This document shows positions 27,831-40,804 of a stretch of DNA of 64,000 bases, piece by piece. The notes beneath the pieces were generated by a model. It did not search any database and had not been told where the DNA came from. It was given only the letters and a program-made list of their open reading frames with translations. Position numbers and translations under genes: made by a program. The stretch comes from Azolla caroliniana (Eukaryota > Plantae > Polypodiophyta). The stretch covers positions 1,488,001-1,552,000 of the forward strand of contig JBHGNT010000015.1 of assembly GCA_043228905.1 (NCBI GenBank). Direction: 5' to 3'. Each line of letters begins with the position of its first letter. Position 1 is the first letter of the stretch.

Positions 27831-30228
27831 ATCGATCAAACAAAGAGCCATATAACGTTATGACTCTAACTTAACATTGTATGAACACTTTAAGAGTGTG
27901 GCCCCCACATTTTCTTATACCATGAGATAAATGTAAAACACATCTTTATCATAGAACAAGTACGAGTCCATAAGAAATCCGTGTACATCGCATTGATGCA
28001 ACGAGAGCAGTTCTTAGCCATCCAACGCTACTTTGGGAATCCGACCAAGAGATATTAACAAGATGCTTGATGAGAACACATATGACACCATGTTTTGCTA
28101 ATCCTATTGTCCGCCATATTGAAACTCATATTAAAACAACCAACCTCTACATGAAAAGGTCATCTGCTTATGGAAACTCACCATAAGTTGACAAGTTGTT
28201 AGTTTTAGTAATTGTCTTTGTTCTACTTGGTAAAACACGTTTGTGCAAAATCCCTACATTGTTTGCCTAATGCCATTAATGCATACAACAAAGAATTCGA
28301 GCGTTTTCCCCCAAAACTCTACTTGTATAGCAAGTGTTATAGCAAAAAAGGAATTATATTGCTCATTAAAGATGACTCGCATTTGTAGTTATGACGAGGA
28401 TTTACCATGAGCCTTATTATTCATGTGAAACTTCGGATTAGAAAAACACTTACATGAACAAAACAAAATGTCTTGTTGTTTGAGGAATGCTAATCTTCAT
28501 GATTGTTATATATTTTAGTGTTGGGATTCGGAATCCTCAATAATCACTTCAAGATTCTTTGGCTTCTAATTTCGAAAAAATCGATGTAATCGAAAGGGAA
28601 TGGTTGGTTTGATGTGGAGAACGGGTGAAACATTTATCACCATGATAGTCACAACCTTCCTTGGAATGATGATAGTAACACCATAGTGTACCTTCCTTTT
28701 TTATAGGAAGGATAATTTCTTGGACATCTAGTTTCATATGGCTAGAGCTCTAGGATCATGGATACTCACGTGAAAACTCTTTCCAAGAAAATGACTCTCA
28801 AGGTTCACAATGGTGTGTATCTAGGACTCTTACGGATGTGTTGTAAGGCTATCTACTTCAAATATAGTGATTGCCCATTGAGCATGTGTATTGTTGAATG
28901 GATGGTGATTCTCACACACGAACTCTTGTGTGCTTGAGATGGTGAAGAAGTTAACTTGACCTATGGGACCACTTGTGTCAAAAGAGAGAGACGAAGGATC
29001 CTCATGTTCATGTTTCTGTGTGTGAGGTCTATAATGTTGAAATAATCCATTAAATATGCTTCACAAATCATATAGAAAAACAAACATGGTAAGTAGACTT
29101 GGTGAAAATCATTTGTGATTGAAAATTTAGTAAATCTTTAATTGTCATATGAGAGTTGCGACTCCTTCACTTACTTACATACAATTGTGTAACACGTTTA
29201 TGATGAGAACCTTTTATATAATCATTCCACTCTTAAAAGATGAGCATACCATTCTCTTTCTTGTGCCATATCGTCCTTGCCAATCATATACATGCACTCA
29301 TCGACAACAGATGAATTAATACATCCAAACCTTTACTAAAGTTAATCAAAACAATGTTGTTCTTACAAATAGAAACATGGGTTTTATTATCATTGAGAAG
29401 CTCTTCTCAATATGATGTGCAAACATTGTCATGACCCATGACCGTGACCAAAGTTAAGTAAAGAAGTGGTAGAAACATGATAACCTTTTACAAAGTCTTA
29501 TCTTAAATGAATGGAATTCTTTAACTGGTACACCGTTTCGACGCAATAGCTGTTGAAAAGTTAACAATTGTACGAATTGATATTCAGAAGTAAATGGATG
29601 CATTGGAACATCACTTTTATTTATTTATGATAAGGGTATATCAACATCTGTGTGTCCTTGGTTAGCTATCCATTTCTAACCACTAGCTTCAATGCTTGTA
29701 TTGTGGACTCTTTTTCTAGCATTGAACCATCTATATGTCATTATTATAAACTAAAAATCAGGCAAATTCCAAGGTCTACATATATTCTTGTTAGTCTTGT
29801 CTCCTCACCATGATCTAAGTCGAATGAATACATGAATCAAGGGGCATCGCTTGCTAGTCGTACTACATGAAATACATGGAATTCATACCACGTCTTGTCC
29901 AACTGAATCTTATGCATAATTTGAGCAGTGCAGACTAGATACTTGACTGCGAACGACATATTCCTCTAGTTATGTCTCGCACATGCATATTACCCCAACC
30001 CCCTTTTATTTTGAATCTACGTGGATTCACAATGCCACCCAATAGTGCAATATTGTTTTTCCTATGAGAGACCCGGGTGTGCTATCATTCCGCATAATGA
30101 GATATAATTCCTCTCGAATCTCTTGATCCACATCCCATTTGGAAAGAGTAGGATCACAATGGCCTAGAAAATGACCTACCATGCCCAAAGATTATGTAGT
30201 AAGACTTCAAAAGAATAAGGTGGGGGGG

Positions 30229-30325
30229 TGCCACATGTCATGTTGGGACGGGCCGATTGCCACGTGGCATGAGGCCATTGGTGGCCTCCGGGATCAGGGT
30301 CAAAATATGTGGGTGCCACTTGTCA
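30229..30325. promoter_or_regulatory. G-box/ACE cluster upstream of the NRL gene
   Basis: Perfect palindromic TGCCACGTGGCA at 30258-30269, flanked by the variants TGCCACATGTCA and TGCCACTTGTCA, about 400 bp upstream of ATG 30686. Function is inferred. Confidence 0.55.
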
Positions 30326-30685
30326 GAAGGAGATTGGTTTGGGTTGTCCTTGTCACCATCAAGAAGGCTACATTTTTTTGGGTTTTTGGTGCCATGGCTT
30401 TTTAAAAGCCTTTTGATTTTATATTTTTTAATCTTATTTTATTTTGATTTTATATTTTTTAATCTTATTTAATTTTTATACTTTGTTTTTTTAATTTTTT
30501 TGATCTTAATCTCCTTCTTCTAAGTTCTCCTTCCTGCTCCTGCTGATTCTTTCTCATGGAATGCATCTGATTAATGCTTCTTAATCCTCTGTTTCCTGAT
30601 TAACCTATCATTCATTCTTAATCTCTGCTTTCTGCGTCTCACTGAATCTCCAATTGTTGTACTATACCTCAATTAAGTTCTAACC

Positions 30686-31219
30686 ATGGCACCTAATTCC
30701 TTGTCTGCCAAATCATCTACTTCTACTAATACTAGTAGTTCTGACATCAAATTCTCTGTTACTCATCCAAACCCTAATCTACTAACCATTAATCCTGCAA
30801 GGTCTACCAAGCACACCCTAATTGGTGCAGCAACAGCAGCAGAGTACGACATTCCCCTCTCATTAATTCATCATTGGAATGTAGTTACTGTTGTTTTGAG
30901 TGAATTCAATCTAGATTTATTGCTGCAGGAACTTCGCTCATGTGCCGAGTGACATCGAAATCATTGTGAATGGTGTAAGCTTCCCCCTGCATCAGGTAAT
31001 ATGGGGGATATATACCTATTTATATACTGAGAAACACTCTGATTACATGGTAAAACAAGTATACCAGCTATGGTTTGATATGTTACATCTGTATAATATG
31101 TATATGTATATGTGTATATGTATTATGTATTATGTATTATGTATTATGTATTATGTATTATGTATTATGTATTATGTATTATGTATTATGTATTATGTAT
31201 TATGTATTATGTATTATGT

Positions 31220-31253
<34 letters not shown>

Positions 31254-31305
31254 TATTATGGATTATGTATTTGGATTATGGATTATGGATTATGGATTAT
31301 GTATT

Positions 31306-31342
<37 letters not shown>

Positions 31343-33933
31343 TATATTATCTAAAGAACCAACCAATGATGATAAGAGAAATTAGAATGTAATGTTCAGT
31401 GCCTCCTTGTGTTTTAGTTTCCATTAATCTCAAGATGCGGCCGGATCAGAAAAGTGATCGAGGAGCTCCGGCTGCATGATGACATGCTCGATAATTCGTC
31501 TCGCCACAATTATAACGCCGAGGATAATGACTCGATTGTCGTAGTGGAATTACCCGACTTCCCGGGAGGTCCGGACGCATTCGAATTAGCCATCAAATTT
31601 TGCTACGGAATAGACTTCGACATTGGCCCCGCCAACATTGCCCAATTGCGTTGTGCCGCGGAGTATCTCGAGATGACCGACCGGACCGTCATGAGCTCCA
31701 ACCTCATTAGCATCTCGGACTCGTTATTACAGAAGATCATATCGGAGAGTGTCGAGAAATCGGTACAAGTCCTACACGCGTGCGAGAGCATTCTTCCGTG
31801 GGCCGAAGAAGCGAGGATTGTGAACCGATGCATCGACTCCATAGCTTCCAAGGTTTGCTCTAAGGACCCGTCGAGTGTGAAAGCATCCAATTCGGCCCGC
31901 CGGCGCTTGTTCGTGAACGAACTCCAACATATGGGTCTCGGAACTAGCCCTTTGTTACATGACCTAATGCAAGATGGTCATCACCACAAGAACTGGTCTC
32001 ATTTCAATAATGCTCTCAAATATATGTCTCCTTTATATGACTCCAATAATGCAGCAACTGTTGAATGGTGGGCAGAGGATGTGTCTTCATTGAGAATAGA
32101 CATTTACCAAAGGGTCCTATCAGCCATGAGATCCCGCGGTTTGAGCATCGAGAGCCTCGCGGGATCGCTCATGCATTATGCACAAATCAAGCTCCTCATG
32201 ATGAATCCTTGCATTAAGCCTAGAAGGAAGAAATCGTCCCTCCTCGATCAAGCCAATCTTTGCGGCCGGAATGACTCGAAATATAGCAATGGCGCGACTA
32301 AATTCAAGGTCGAGGCACACCACGAGCAACGCATTGTTATCGAAACACTTCTAAGCATGTTCCCCGCGGGGGACAAGCGGTGCCTCTTCCCGACCAAATT
32401 CTTGCTAGGCCTTTTGAGAGCAGCTATCACATTGGACACAACATTGGCATGCCGACTCGATCTCGAGCATCGGATCAGTGCTCAACTCGAACACGCATCC
32501 GTAGATGACCTTCTCATCCCGACTTATAGTTCGGTAACTTCCGGAGAAAGCATGTTTGATGTCGAGGTGGTTCGGCATGTTCTAGGAACCTATTTGCATC
32601 CATACAATGAGCAAGATAGTAGTAGTCCAAGTATTGGCTCTAGTAATGTTGCTTCCATGAATGACCCAAATCATGTCATTGGATCTCTTAATGGTGCACC
32701 TCCACTAAGGGGTCTCAACAAGGTTGCCAAACTCATCGATTCTTATCTCGCAGAGATCGCTCCCGACACGAACTTGAAGGCCTCCCAATTCATTTCCCTC
32801 GCGGAGATGCTCCCGGATCGCTCTCGTGTCGTCGATGACCATCTTTATCGAGCCGTGGACATCTTCATCAAGGTATCATGGCTTCTCCTTCTTAATTAAC
32901 TAGGGTTTCTTTCACGAGAAGTTTTGGTTTTCGACACTTTAAAGTTTTCGATGTACATTTCATTTGCCATATTTCATGAATTTAGTAGCGATATTGTGTA
33001 CATCCTAGTGAGTTGTTACATGATGTGCTCCCCTTCGGGTTTTGGGTTCAAGCCACATTGGTCGTATCATGGATAGGGACATTTGTATTCGACACACAAG
33101 TCATCCAAGTAGACCCACATGGGTTGTTCACATGGTCATTGGAAACTTTCCCCAATTATAGAACACTTGGGTGAATTTTGGGAAGCATCCCCACCCATTT
33201 AAAAGAACATGATGTATGTGTTACATTACAATTGAGTTTGTGAGTTGCCATATTGTAGATGCATCCTACTCTACCTGAAATGGAAAGAAAGAAGCTATGC
33301 AGAGTCGTGGATTGTCAAAAGCTTTCAGAAGAGGCGAGAAAGCACGCAGTGGAGAACAAGAGGTTACCAGTCGAGATGGTGGTACAAGTGTTATACTTCG
33401 AGCAAGTGAGATCTCGAACACAAGGCCCAAACAATGGAAACAACAATAACGTTAATAACCCTCAACTTCCTCTAGGTTTATTAATGGAAGAGATGAAGAA
33501 TAAGAATGATTCATTTGACTCGAGTGTCAATCATGGAAATAAGGCATCAATGTCTATGCAAAATGGCCAAGTGACACAAGCATCGATGGTAACTAATACA
33601 CATGAGTTAATAGAAGTTATTGCGAGGCTTCAAGATCGAATTAAGGAGCTCGAGAAGGAGAATGATAGTCTTAAGCATGATCTTGTAGCTGCAGTAAGTG
33701 CAATCCAAATACAAGATACTACTACTAGGAGTTACACTACACTGCCTAGTACTACCAAAGGTGGCATGAGATTCTTTTCACATCTCTTCAAGTTTGGTAG
33801 AATGAACCCATTTACCTCAACTAGTCCTTCTCAAAGCAAAGTTTCTTCGTCATCTCCTAGGGCAACACAACACCAAGGTCAACCTGATGATGCCAAAACT
33901 ACACCTCGTCGACGGAGGCATTCCCTCTCTTAG
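30686..33933 (+). CDS. BTB/POZ-NPH3 domain (NRL) protein, NCH1/RPT2-like, ~770 aa
   Basis: Exons 30686-30801, 30929-30995, 31418-32872, 33259-33933 splice in frame. BTB: VPSDIEIIVNGVSFPLHQFPLISRCG..DFPGGPDAFELAIKFCYG. NPH3 domain: WWAEDVSSLRIDIYQRVL..KVAKLIDSYLAEIAPD..LYRAVDIFIKMHP..DCQKLS..VVQVLYFEQ. Coiled coil and C-terminal RRRRHSLS. Exon 1 is less certain. Confidence 0.93.
31115..31345. repeat. Heptamer microsatellite (TATTATG)n grading into (GATTATG)n in NRL intron 2
   Basis: About 15 TATTATG units followed by GATTATG units with interspersed variants. Confidence 0.95.
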
Positions 33934-34358
33934 CCAAATCTAGTGATATATTTGATAAAGTCTCGTACTTTGAAAACATGCTATCAAGCTTCGTCGTCTA
34001 GTAATGGGTTTGAATTGACGGGGTATCGAGCTTGCTAAAACCTCTATAATCTTAAGTACTTTAACAAAGGTTTCCAATGGATCTCCTAGGTTTCTCATTT
34101 CCATTTTTACTAAATTTGAGAAATCATTTTGTGATCAAATGTATAAAAATAAGTTAGAGAAATATTAAGCATTTTTTTCAAATTTAGAGAATTGTTTTTT
34201 GGAAAAGAAGAATTATTCAAGATTCCCGATTTTTTTTAGTACTAGGGGCACTTGAATCATATGTTTTCCATAATTGTCCTTGGAATCAACAAATGGGCAC
34301 TATATTGTTGTTGATTATAATTGACTAAAGTTTTCAACATTGGTTAAAACAATTAATT

Positions 34359-34620
34359 ACATTACCCATGAGAGGCATGGTGAGAGTGCATGTCGGTACC
34401 TGTGCAATGATCCATGTCAATTTTTTCAAATCTCCTTGTGATCGTAGTTGCACACGTGTCATTCCTCCCATAACATTGATGCCATTAGAGCATGCATCTA
34501 TACATTACCCATGGTAGGCATGGTGAGCGTGCATGTGGGTACCTGTGCAATGATCCATGTCAATTTTTTCAAATCTCCTTGTGATCATAGTTGTACACGT
34601 GTCATTCCTCCCATAACATT
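34359..34620. repeat. ~140-bp tandem duplication
   Basis: ACATTACCCATG..GGCATGGTGAG..CCTCCCATAACATT occurs twice. Confidence 0.92.
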
Positions 34621-35233
34621 TACACAATTAGAGCCTACATCTATACTTTCTTGTTTACTACTTTTGTACTGATTGATCATTTCTTTGTGACGTTTTACTT
34701 CGCTTATAATCAAAACCGTGAGACCAATGGCAGCATAGCTAGAAAATGTCATGACAAATAATTGTTTTTTTGTGTACTGTAAAGGAAAATGATTTGGTCA
34801 TTTGGATGTATACAATGTACACATTGCTCGTAATTTGTCTTCACGAAACTACGAATAATGTCATTAGTCGTGAATTCGGTCACAAAATCTAGGATGTTTC
34901 AATTTTAGATTTGTGTGTCATAAAGTTGAGAGAACCCAAATTCGATAATTGCAATTGGTCTAAGATATCTATCCCCATAGTAAACGAGCCTCTCTTTAGT
35001 AATGTCATTGTTGGGGGTTTTATCGTAAAAGTGTGATAATTTTTTTACCACATTCAAAAGATATGTAACTTTATGTGGATGTAATACAGTTTCGCAATTA
35101 ATATTTTCATTGTTTGTGTGCTCTTTTGCGCCTTCCCGTGTCATTTCCTATCCATTCATCCAATCTATGTAATATGCAAGGTGCAAGTAAAATAACTAAT
35201 GGTGAAATATTTTCAATGGTTCTTGCTATTGGA

Positions 35234-35298
<65 letters not shown>

Positions 35299-35339
35299 TT
35301 GACCCACCCAAAATCAGAGCTGGAGATCGTTTTCCTATT

Positions 35340-35660
35340 TCTCTGATATTGGGGATTGCGTCATAATTGGGATATCCGTAATGCTTTTGTATTTGATGGT
35401 AGGCATGGAGTGAAAGCATATCTGACAAGGGTTTTGAAGAGAGTACTAATGTGGAAATTTTCTTTATTGGAGCAAGTGGAAATTCTTTCCTCAATGGAGT
35501 GTTCGTCTTGCTTATTGGCAATTCAACATGTTCCACTACCCATGTAGTGTAGTTAGTGGGTGACCATACTCCATTGTGACACCCATTGTAAGTAGTGTTT
35601 TTCACACGCTTTTATTCATATAATTGTGTGTTTTCACCAAAGAGAGAGAGAGAGAGAGAA
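35340..35660 (+). repeat. Dispersed repeat, second copy at ~62860-63140
   Basis: Shared GGGATTGYGYCATAATTGGGATAT..GTGGAAATTTTC..ATGGAGTGTTC..GTAGTGTTTTTCA..AATTGTGT..AGAG. Family unknown. Confidence 0.75.
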
Positions 35661-37374
35661 ATCACACCCATAATCACACTACATAATTCTATAGAAATCA
35701 TAGTATCATATCTAAATACCTCCAAACTAATGTGTTTATCGCAAATGTGAATATGTATTCCAACTAACTAGTTAGAAGAAAGCTAACTAACTAGAAACTA
35801 ACTAGCTCAATCATGAGCCTGGTAAAAGGTAGTAGGAGCAAGCACACCTCATCTCTAATCTATATGCCCCTTAGATTTAACACTTTGAAAAATTGCTACC
35901 AAGGCAACTACAAATTACCGTATAATGCCCTCTTGTGTATGACTTTCATCCATTAAGATATTAAGGGTTCCTTAGTACTATTAAGTTTAGTGTCCACTCG
36001 CTCCCCATTATCTTCATTAGCTATAAAGTGGAAGTGTGTATGCTTAGAATGGCATGATGTCCCTTCGTCTATGCCACCATTCTAAACAAAAGTTTGTATG
36101 TACTCTCAATGACACCCATCACAACCCACCATGAACAGGATTATATTAAGATTCACATAGTGATTCTCTCTTGTTTATTGCAAAACTAAATTTATGTAAT
36201 CAATGTTGTGTCTAGAGTTTCGTAATATAGTTGAGAGCTAGTAACTCCAATGCTTTGTTGAAAGGATTCCCTTTTCTCCAATATTTGCACATTATGTGCA
36301 ACTATTTCAAGGCAATGAAAGAAGTGGTGGAATGGCCTCATGCTAATCTTTTGGAGGCTTTAGAAAATGCAATCACAACGCATGTTTTCAGTATATTCCA
36401 AGAAATAACCACATTACATTAAAATGGGCCACTAACAAGGTATCCAATATGGGCAAGTCCATACCAAAAGAAATATATCCAATTACAAGGCTCATAGGTT
36501 AGATCCTACCAAAGTTCATCCTCAAAATAGAAAAAATAAAAATGGCAGCTTGAATAAGACAAATAGTGATTAGAATCCTACTCCCAAACAATGCTTCCTC
36601 CGCACACATCCAATTCCAATCCATGATGAAAAGCTCTTTAGTTGAAACTTACATAAATATGTGGCCTCACACCGATCCATATACTTGCATATGCCCATAC
36701 ATATACATTCATATGCATTCTTCGGTCAACAATCAGTTGGATTTTTTCATGGATAGATATAGGTGCATGTACACGCACAGAAGAGTATACTATACATAAG
36801 AGGAATGTGCTCTGTATTGCTCATCCATTCAAAGAGGCGACATTCTTGCAAAAAGAATACTACAAGCATGGTATTATTTTATAACATTCAACAGACACAT
36901 GAGCACATTCGTGGAAGAGCCCTTACTGATCACTTGTAAACAAATCTGCAGAGATGAGGTTGTCCAACCATCACTAGCATAACTCAAATTATTGATGTAA
37001 ACCAACTTCGGACGTTACAACTCCCCACAGTTTCGACAAGATGAAAATGTCATCAATATGGACAAAAAATATAAGTGATATTCATAATCGATATATAATT
37101 GATGTCCAATGCTTTTGCACATGTAGGCTGTGGAACATGCAAGGTGGTTACCCCAATAAGCATGCATGCCTCACCCCAGCTTTTCATATGATAACTTAAT
37201 CGTAACGTTACAAAAAATAAGCATACACCACACTACCTTGACAAAAAACACTTATCCACAAGATCTACAAGTTCTCGACTTAGCAATCAGGAACCCTCTG
37301 TTGCCACCCATAACCCTGGAGATAATTATAACTGCATACCTACTGAAATGACAGCTTTGACCCAATCATTTTAT

Positions 37375-40300
37375 TTACCAATCCTTTTTAATCTCAAATG
37401 AATAGTCAGCCTCCAAATAGCATCGACCATCATCATCAATAAACTGAAAAAAGTAACCAAAAGCTTGGATAATTAGCCCGGTGAAACAAATCTCAATTTT
37501 TCTCAATGAAAGAAATATGAACCCACTTTGCACAATACTGTATTGAAACAAAGCAGTTAGGTCAAGTATTTAAACTCATATCAAATGTATACAGGTCTTA
37601 GAGAAGGTGAGGTTCAGAAAAGTTCAGCGACAGAGGTATCAAATGCACACAAGGTCTAAGAGGCTAGGGTTTCCTTACAGAAGTTGAGCTCAAGGAATGT
37701 TCAGCCAAGTAGCTAATCAAATATACACACATCATTAGATTCTGATCTCAAATTTACATTTAAAAAAGTGATTGAGAATCAGCTAAAGAGACACTGATGT
37801 CAATCAACGCAATTTTTGGTGAAGCGCTGTCATTTTTCTACAGATATCAAAAACAAAACAAGACGTAGTTTGTTGTTTAATCCTGTGAGCTTATGTGATA
37901 CCACTGATTATAATGAAATCATCTTAGGATAGAACTTGAAGAAACAAAAATCAGTGGAGCTCGATAGACAGTCAAGATGCAAAGCAAGGTGAAGAGACCT
38001 TCATTTTCATTTGCTTTTGGTGTGCATAATTCTTTGTTTAGAAAAAAAATTCTATAGAATTCTACTAATACTTTTCAATTCTGCATTCATAAAAACACAA
38101 ACTGAGATACCAGATGTGAAGTGAAAAAGACATTTGAGATACTCTATATGCTACATGAATCTTCCTTGCTAAAATAATGAAACTTGTATAAGCTAGAATT
38201 ACCTTGGTTTTGGCTGCATATACTCCCCGTGCAAGAATTCCTGCAGGAGTAGTTTCTTCATCCATTACATATGTATAAGGCTCTTGTTGAGGGCTGAAGG
38301 ACCCCAGCATGACACGAATTTTATCGACTACAGAAAAAGCAAAAAAAAATCCAACACATACGTCAAAAGGCTCACTAAGAATATTGGACATAAATTCCCT
38401 TTTTCACAAAATTTCATTTTAAATATATAGCTATAGCCTATTATGTTAAAATGCACCAAAAGTGAAACATACTTAGAAGACCCACCTTGAAGGCCAGCTC
38501 TCCAAACTGTATTCAAGTAAGTCAAACCAGAAACAAGGTTATGCCGAACTGTGAATGAGAACTTGAGTTTGTAGTTGCTGCCTTCTTTTAATCTGAAACA
38601 AACTTCTGATTTATTGGCAGGGAAAGGAAGGGGAATAACAAGATCTTTCCTTCCTTTGGCAAGAATTGCCAAACCCACCACCTCTACTTCTGGCTCCACC
38701 TTTTCTGAACCAAAACAAAACCATCACTTAGAACACTAAAGTAATTAAACCTTCTAATTCAGGTAGACTACAATGCCTCAGCATGATAATGTACCTTCAT
38801 TACTATCCAGATGCACACTGCCGAGAAGCTTCTCCTTCCATCTACGGAGACTTTCATCCTCCTACAGAACTAATAATACAGTGAGCAGATGGAACCTTCT
38901 TTTTTATACTTATGATATTATCGAAACAGGCTGAGAAGAGAAATATAAAGATGGCAGGAGGTGAAGCCCAGGGAAAAGGGACTTGTAAGTGGGTTGATCA
39001 ACAAGGAAAAAAAAGGCAACAAAAGCAAAGGTTTGAACTAGCGATTATTCTATTGCCATAGTTAACAGTTTCTCTCTAAAAGTTCTGGTCTCGAGTTCAA
39101 CGGTACCATTGGTTTAAATAGTCATTCGATGGAGGACGATTTTGAATTCAAAATACCTACACCATTCTATTATTCCAAATACCTGAGAAATTCATTTTGT
39201 TGTCCAGCAACTATTACTCAATATATGGTCACACACATTATTGAGCTTTCCAAATTGCATTCATACAAATCATATAACAAATCCTATTTTCCTTTTCGAA
39301 TCCAGACCTACTGCCTGCACTCTATTGTCTCTTATTGCTAGATCTTTGTAGCAATTGCACCTTCAGCATGCAGCATTAACAGTTTTCCTATACTACATGA
39401 AATGGTGGTACAGGTCACATGAGCTATTCACTTTTATTTCTCTCAGGGAGAAGCTCTTCTTTAAAACCATCAATTTCTTGCTTGATTTCCAACCAGAGAA
39501 TATGATCTAAATTCAATGATCCAACCAGTGCTACAAATCTTCTAGACAACCGTCATACAAACATTGATGGTGTATCTTATACCGTGCATTCTCTTGGATA
39601 GTCCTATAAAATACTGTGATCGAGCTTCCAACGTAGCTATTAGATGAGGTACCTCAATATATTATGTCCATCAAACAGAATATTCTCGAAAATCACTTCT
39701 TGGATCGCCTGCCTGAGCTCAATTTTGATACAAAGGGTCTCTTGCCAGCTGTTTGACGTGCATCACTATAATTCATGTTGCAAGCCAAAGTTTTCTTTGT
39801 TACCTTCCATACTTTGCCACACGGTGTCATGTTGAGTCATGTCATGATGTGCATCGCACGTGCCTGGGAAGACCAGTTCCCTTACGTCGGATATTCATAT
39901 TAGAGCAAACTAACACTCTAGAAAAGTTGAGTGAGTGTCACCTACTAATACATTTGGAAGGGCTATGCATGTCCACCAAGAGTCAGGGTTACTTTATCGT
40001 CTCATTTTTTCTTTTGAATGGACTAGATATCACATGACTTTATGAAGAATATGGGAGCATTAAATTTATACTTCTGTATGATATCATATGCAAATCCCGA
40101 AATGGCAAGCTTCTAAATAAATGATGATGATGTCTTTCAATTAATAAAAAAAGCTATTCCTTGGACTGAAAGCAAAGATTTTTGACCAAAGATATAGATT
40201 CTATAATTGAAACATAGATTTTGAGACCTAAAGCATTGATTTTAGGGTTTAAAACGTATATTCTGTGTCTAAAGTCTTAAAGTTTTAAGGTTCCAATAGT

Positions 40301-40753
40301 GCATTTCTAGGATTCCAAAAAAATATGCATTTTAGGACTGGGCATTCTGAGACAAAAGAAGATAGATTTTTTGCGGCTGAAAGGCATAGACATTTTCTGA
40401 CAAAAGAGCATAGATTTCTAATACAGAAAAGCATGGATATTCCTAAAAGAAGAGCATAGATTTCTAGAACTGAAAAGCATAGATATTTGTAACAAAAAGC
40501 GCATAGATTTCTAATAAATGACATTTAATTAAATAGAAGGAAGTAAAAAGAAGAAGAAGAAGAAGAAGCACGTGGTTTGTACCTTGTCTAGCTCAAGCTG
40601 CTTCTTGAGTGGGAGAAGCGGGCTAGGAACAAAATCCTGCGGAGCTTCGGAGGCAGACTGGCAGTCCAGCTCTTCGTCGTCGGAGTCGGTACAGAGAGAA
40701 ATGCTGCTAACCTGCTTGTGCAGAAGAGAAGGGGAGGGATCATCAGGATCCAT
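37375..40753 (-). CDS. Rho (ROP) GDP-dissociation inhibitor, 216 aa
   Basis: Exons 40753-40583, 38861-38795, 38704-38486, 38327-38203, 37443-37375 splice in frame: ..PLKKQLELDKEDESLRRWKEKLLG..EPEVEV..FRLKEGSNYKLKFSFTVRHNLVSGLTY..MLGSFSPQQEPY..TPAGILARGVYAAKTKFIDDDGRCYLEADYSFEIKKDW. Confidence 0.94.
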
Positions 40754-40771
40754 GGCTTCTTCCTGTTCCTG

Positions 40772-40804
<33 letters not shown>

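Noticed and set aside
28450-29000. Short ORF with Cys/His spacing suggestive of a retroelement gag knuckle
   Set aside because: Too degenerate, with no supporting domains or LTRs.
31115-31345. Heptamer array as an interstitial telomere
   Set aside because: Units TATTATG and GATTATG do not match TTTAGGG and lack a G-run.
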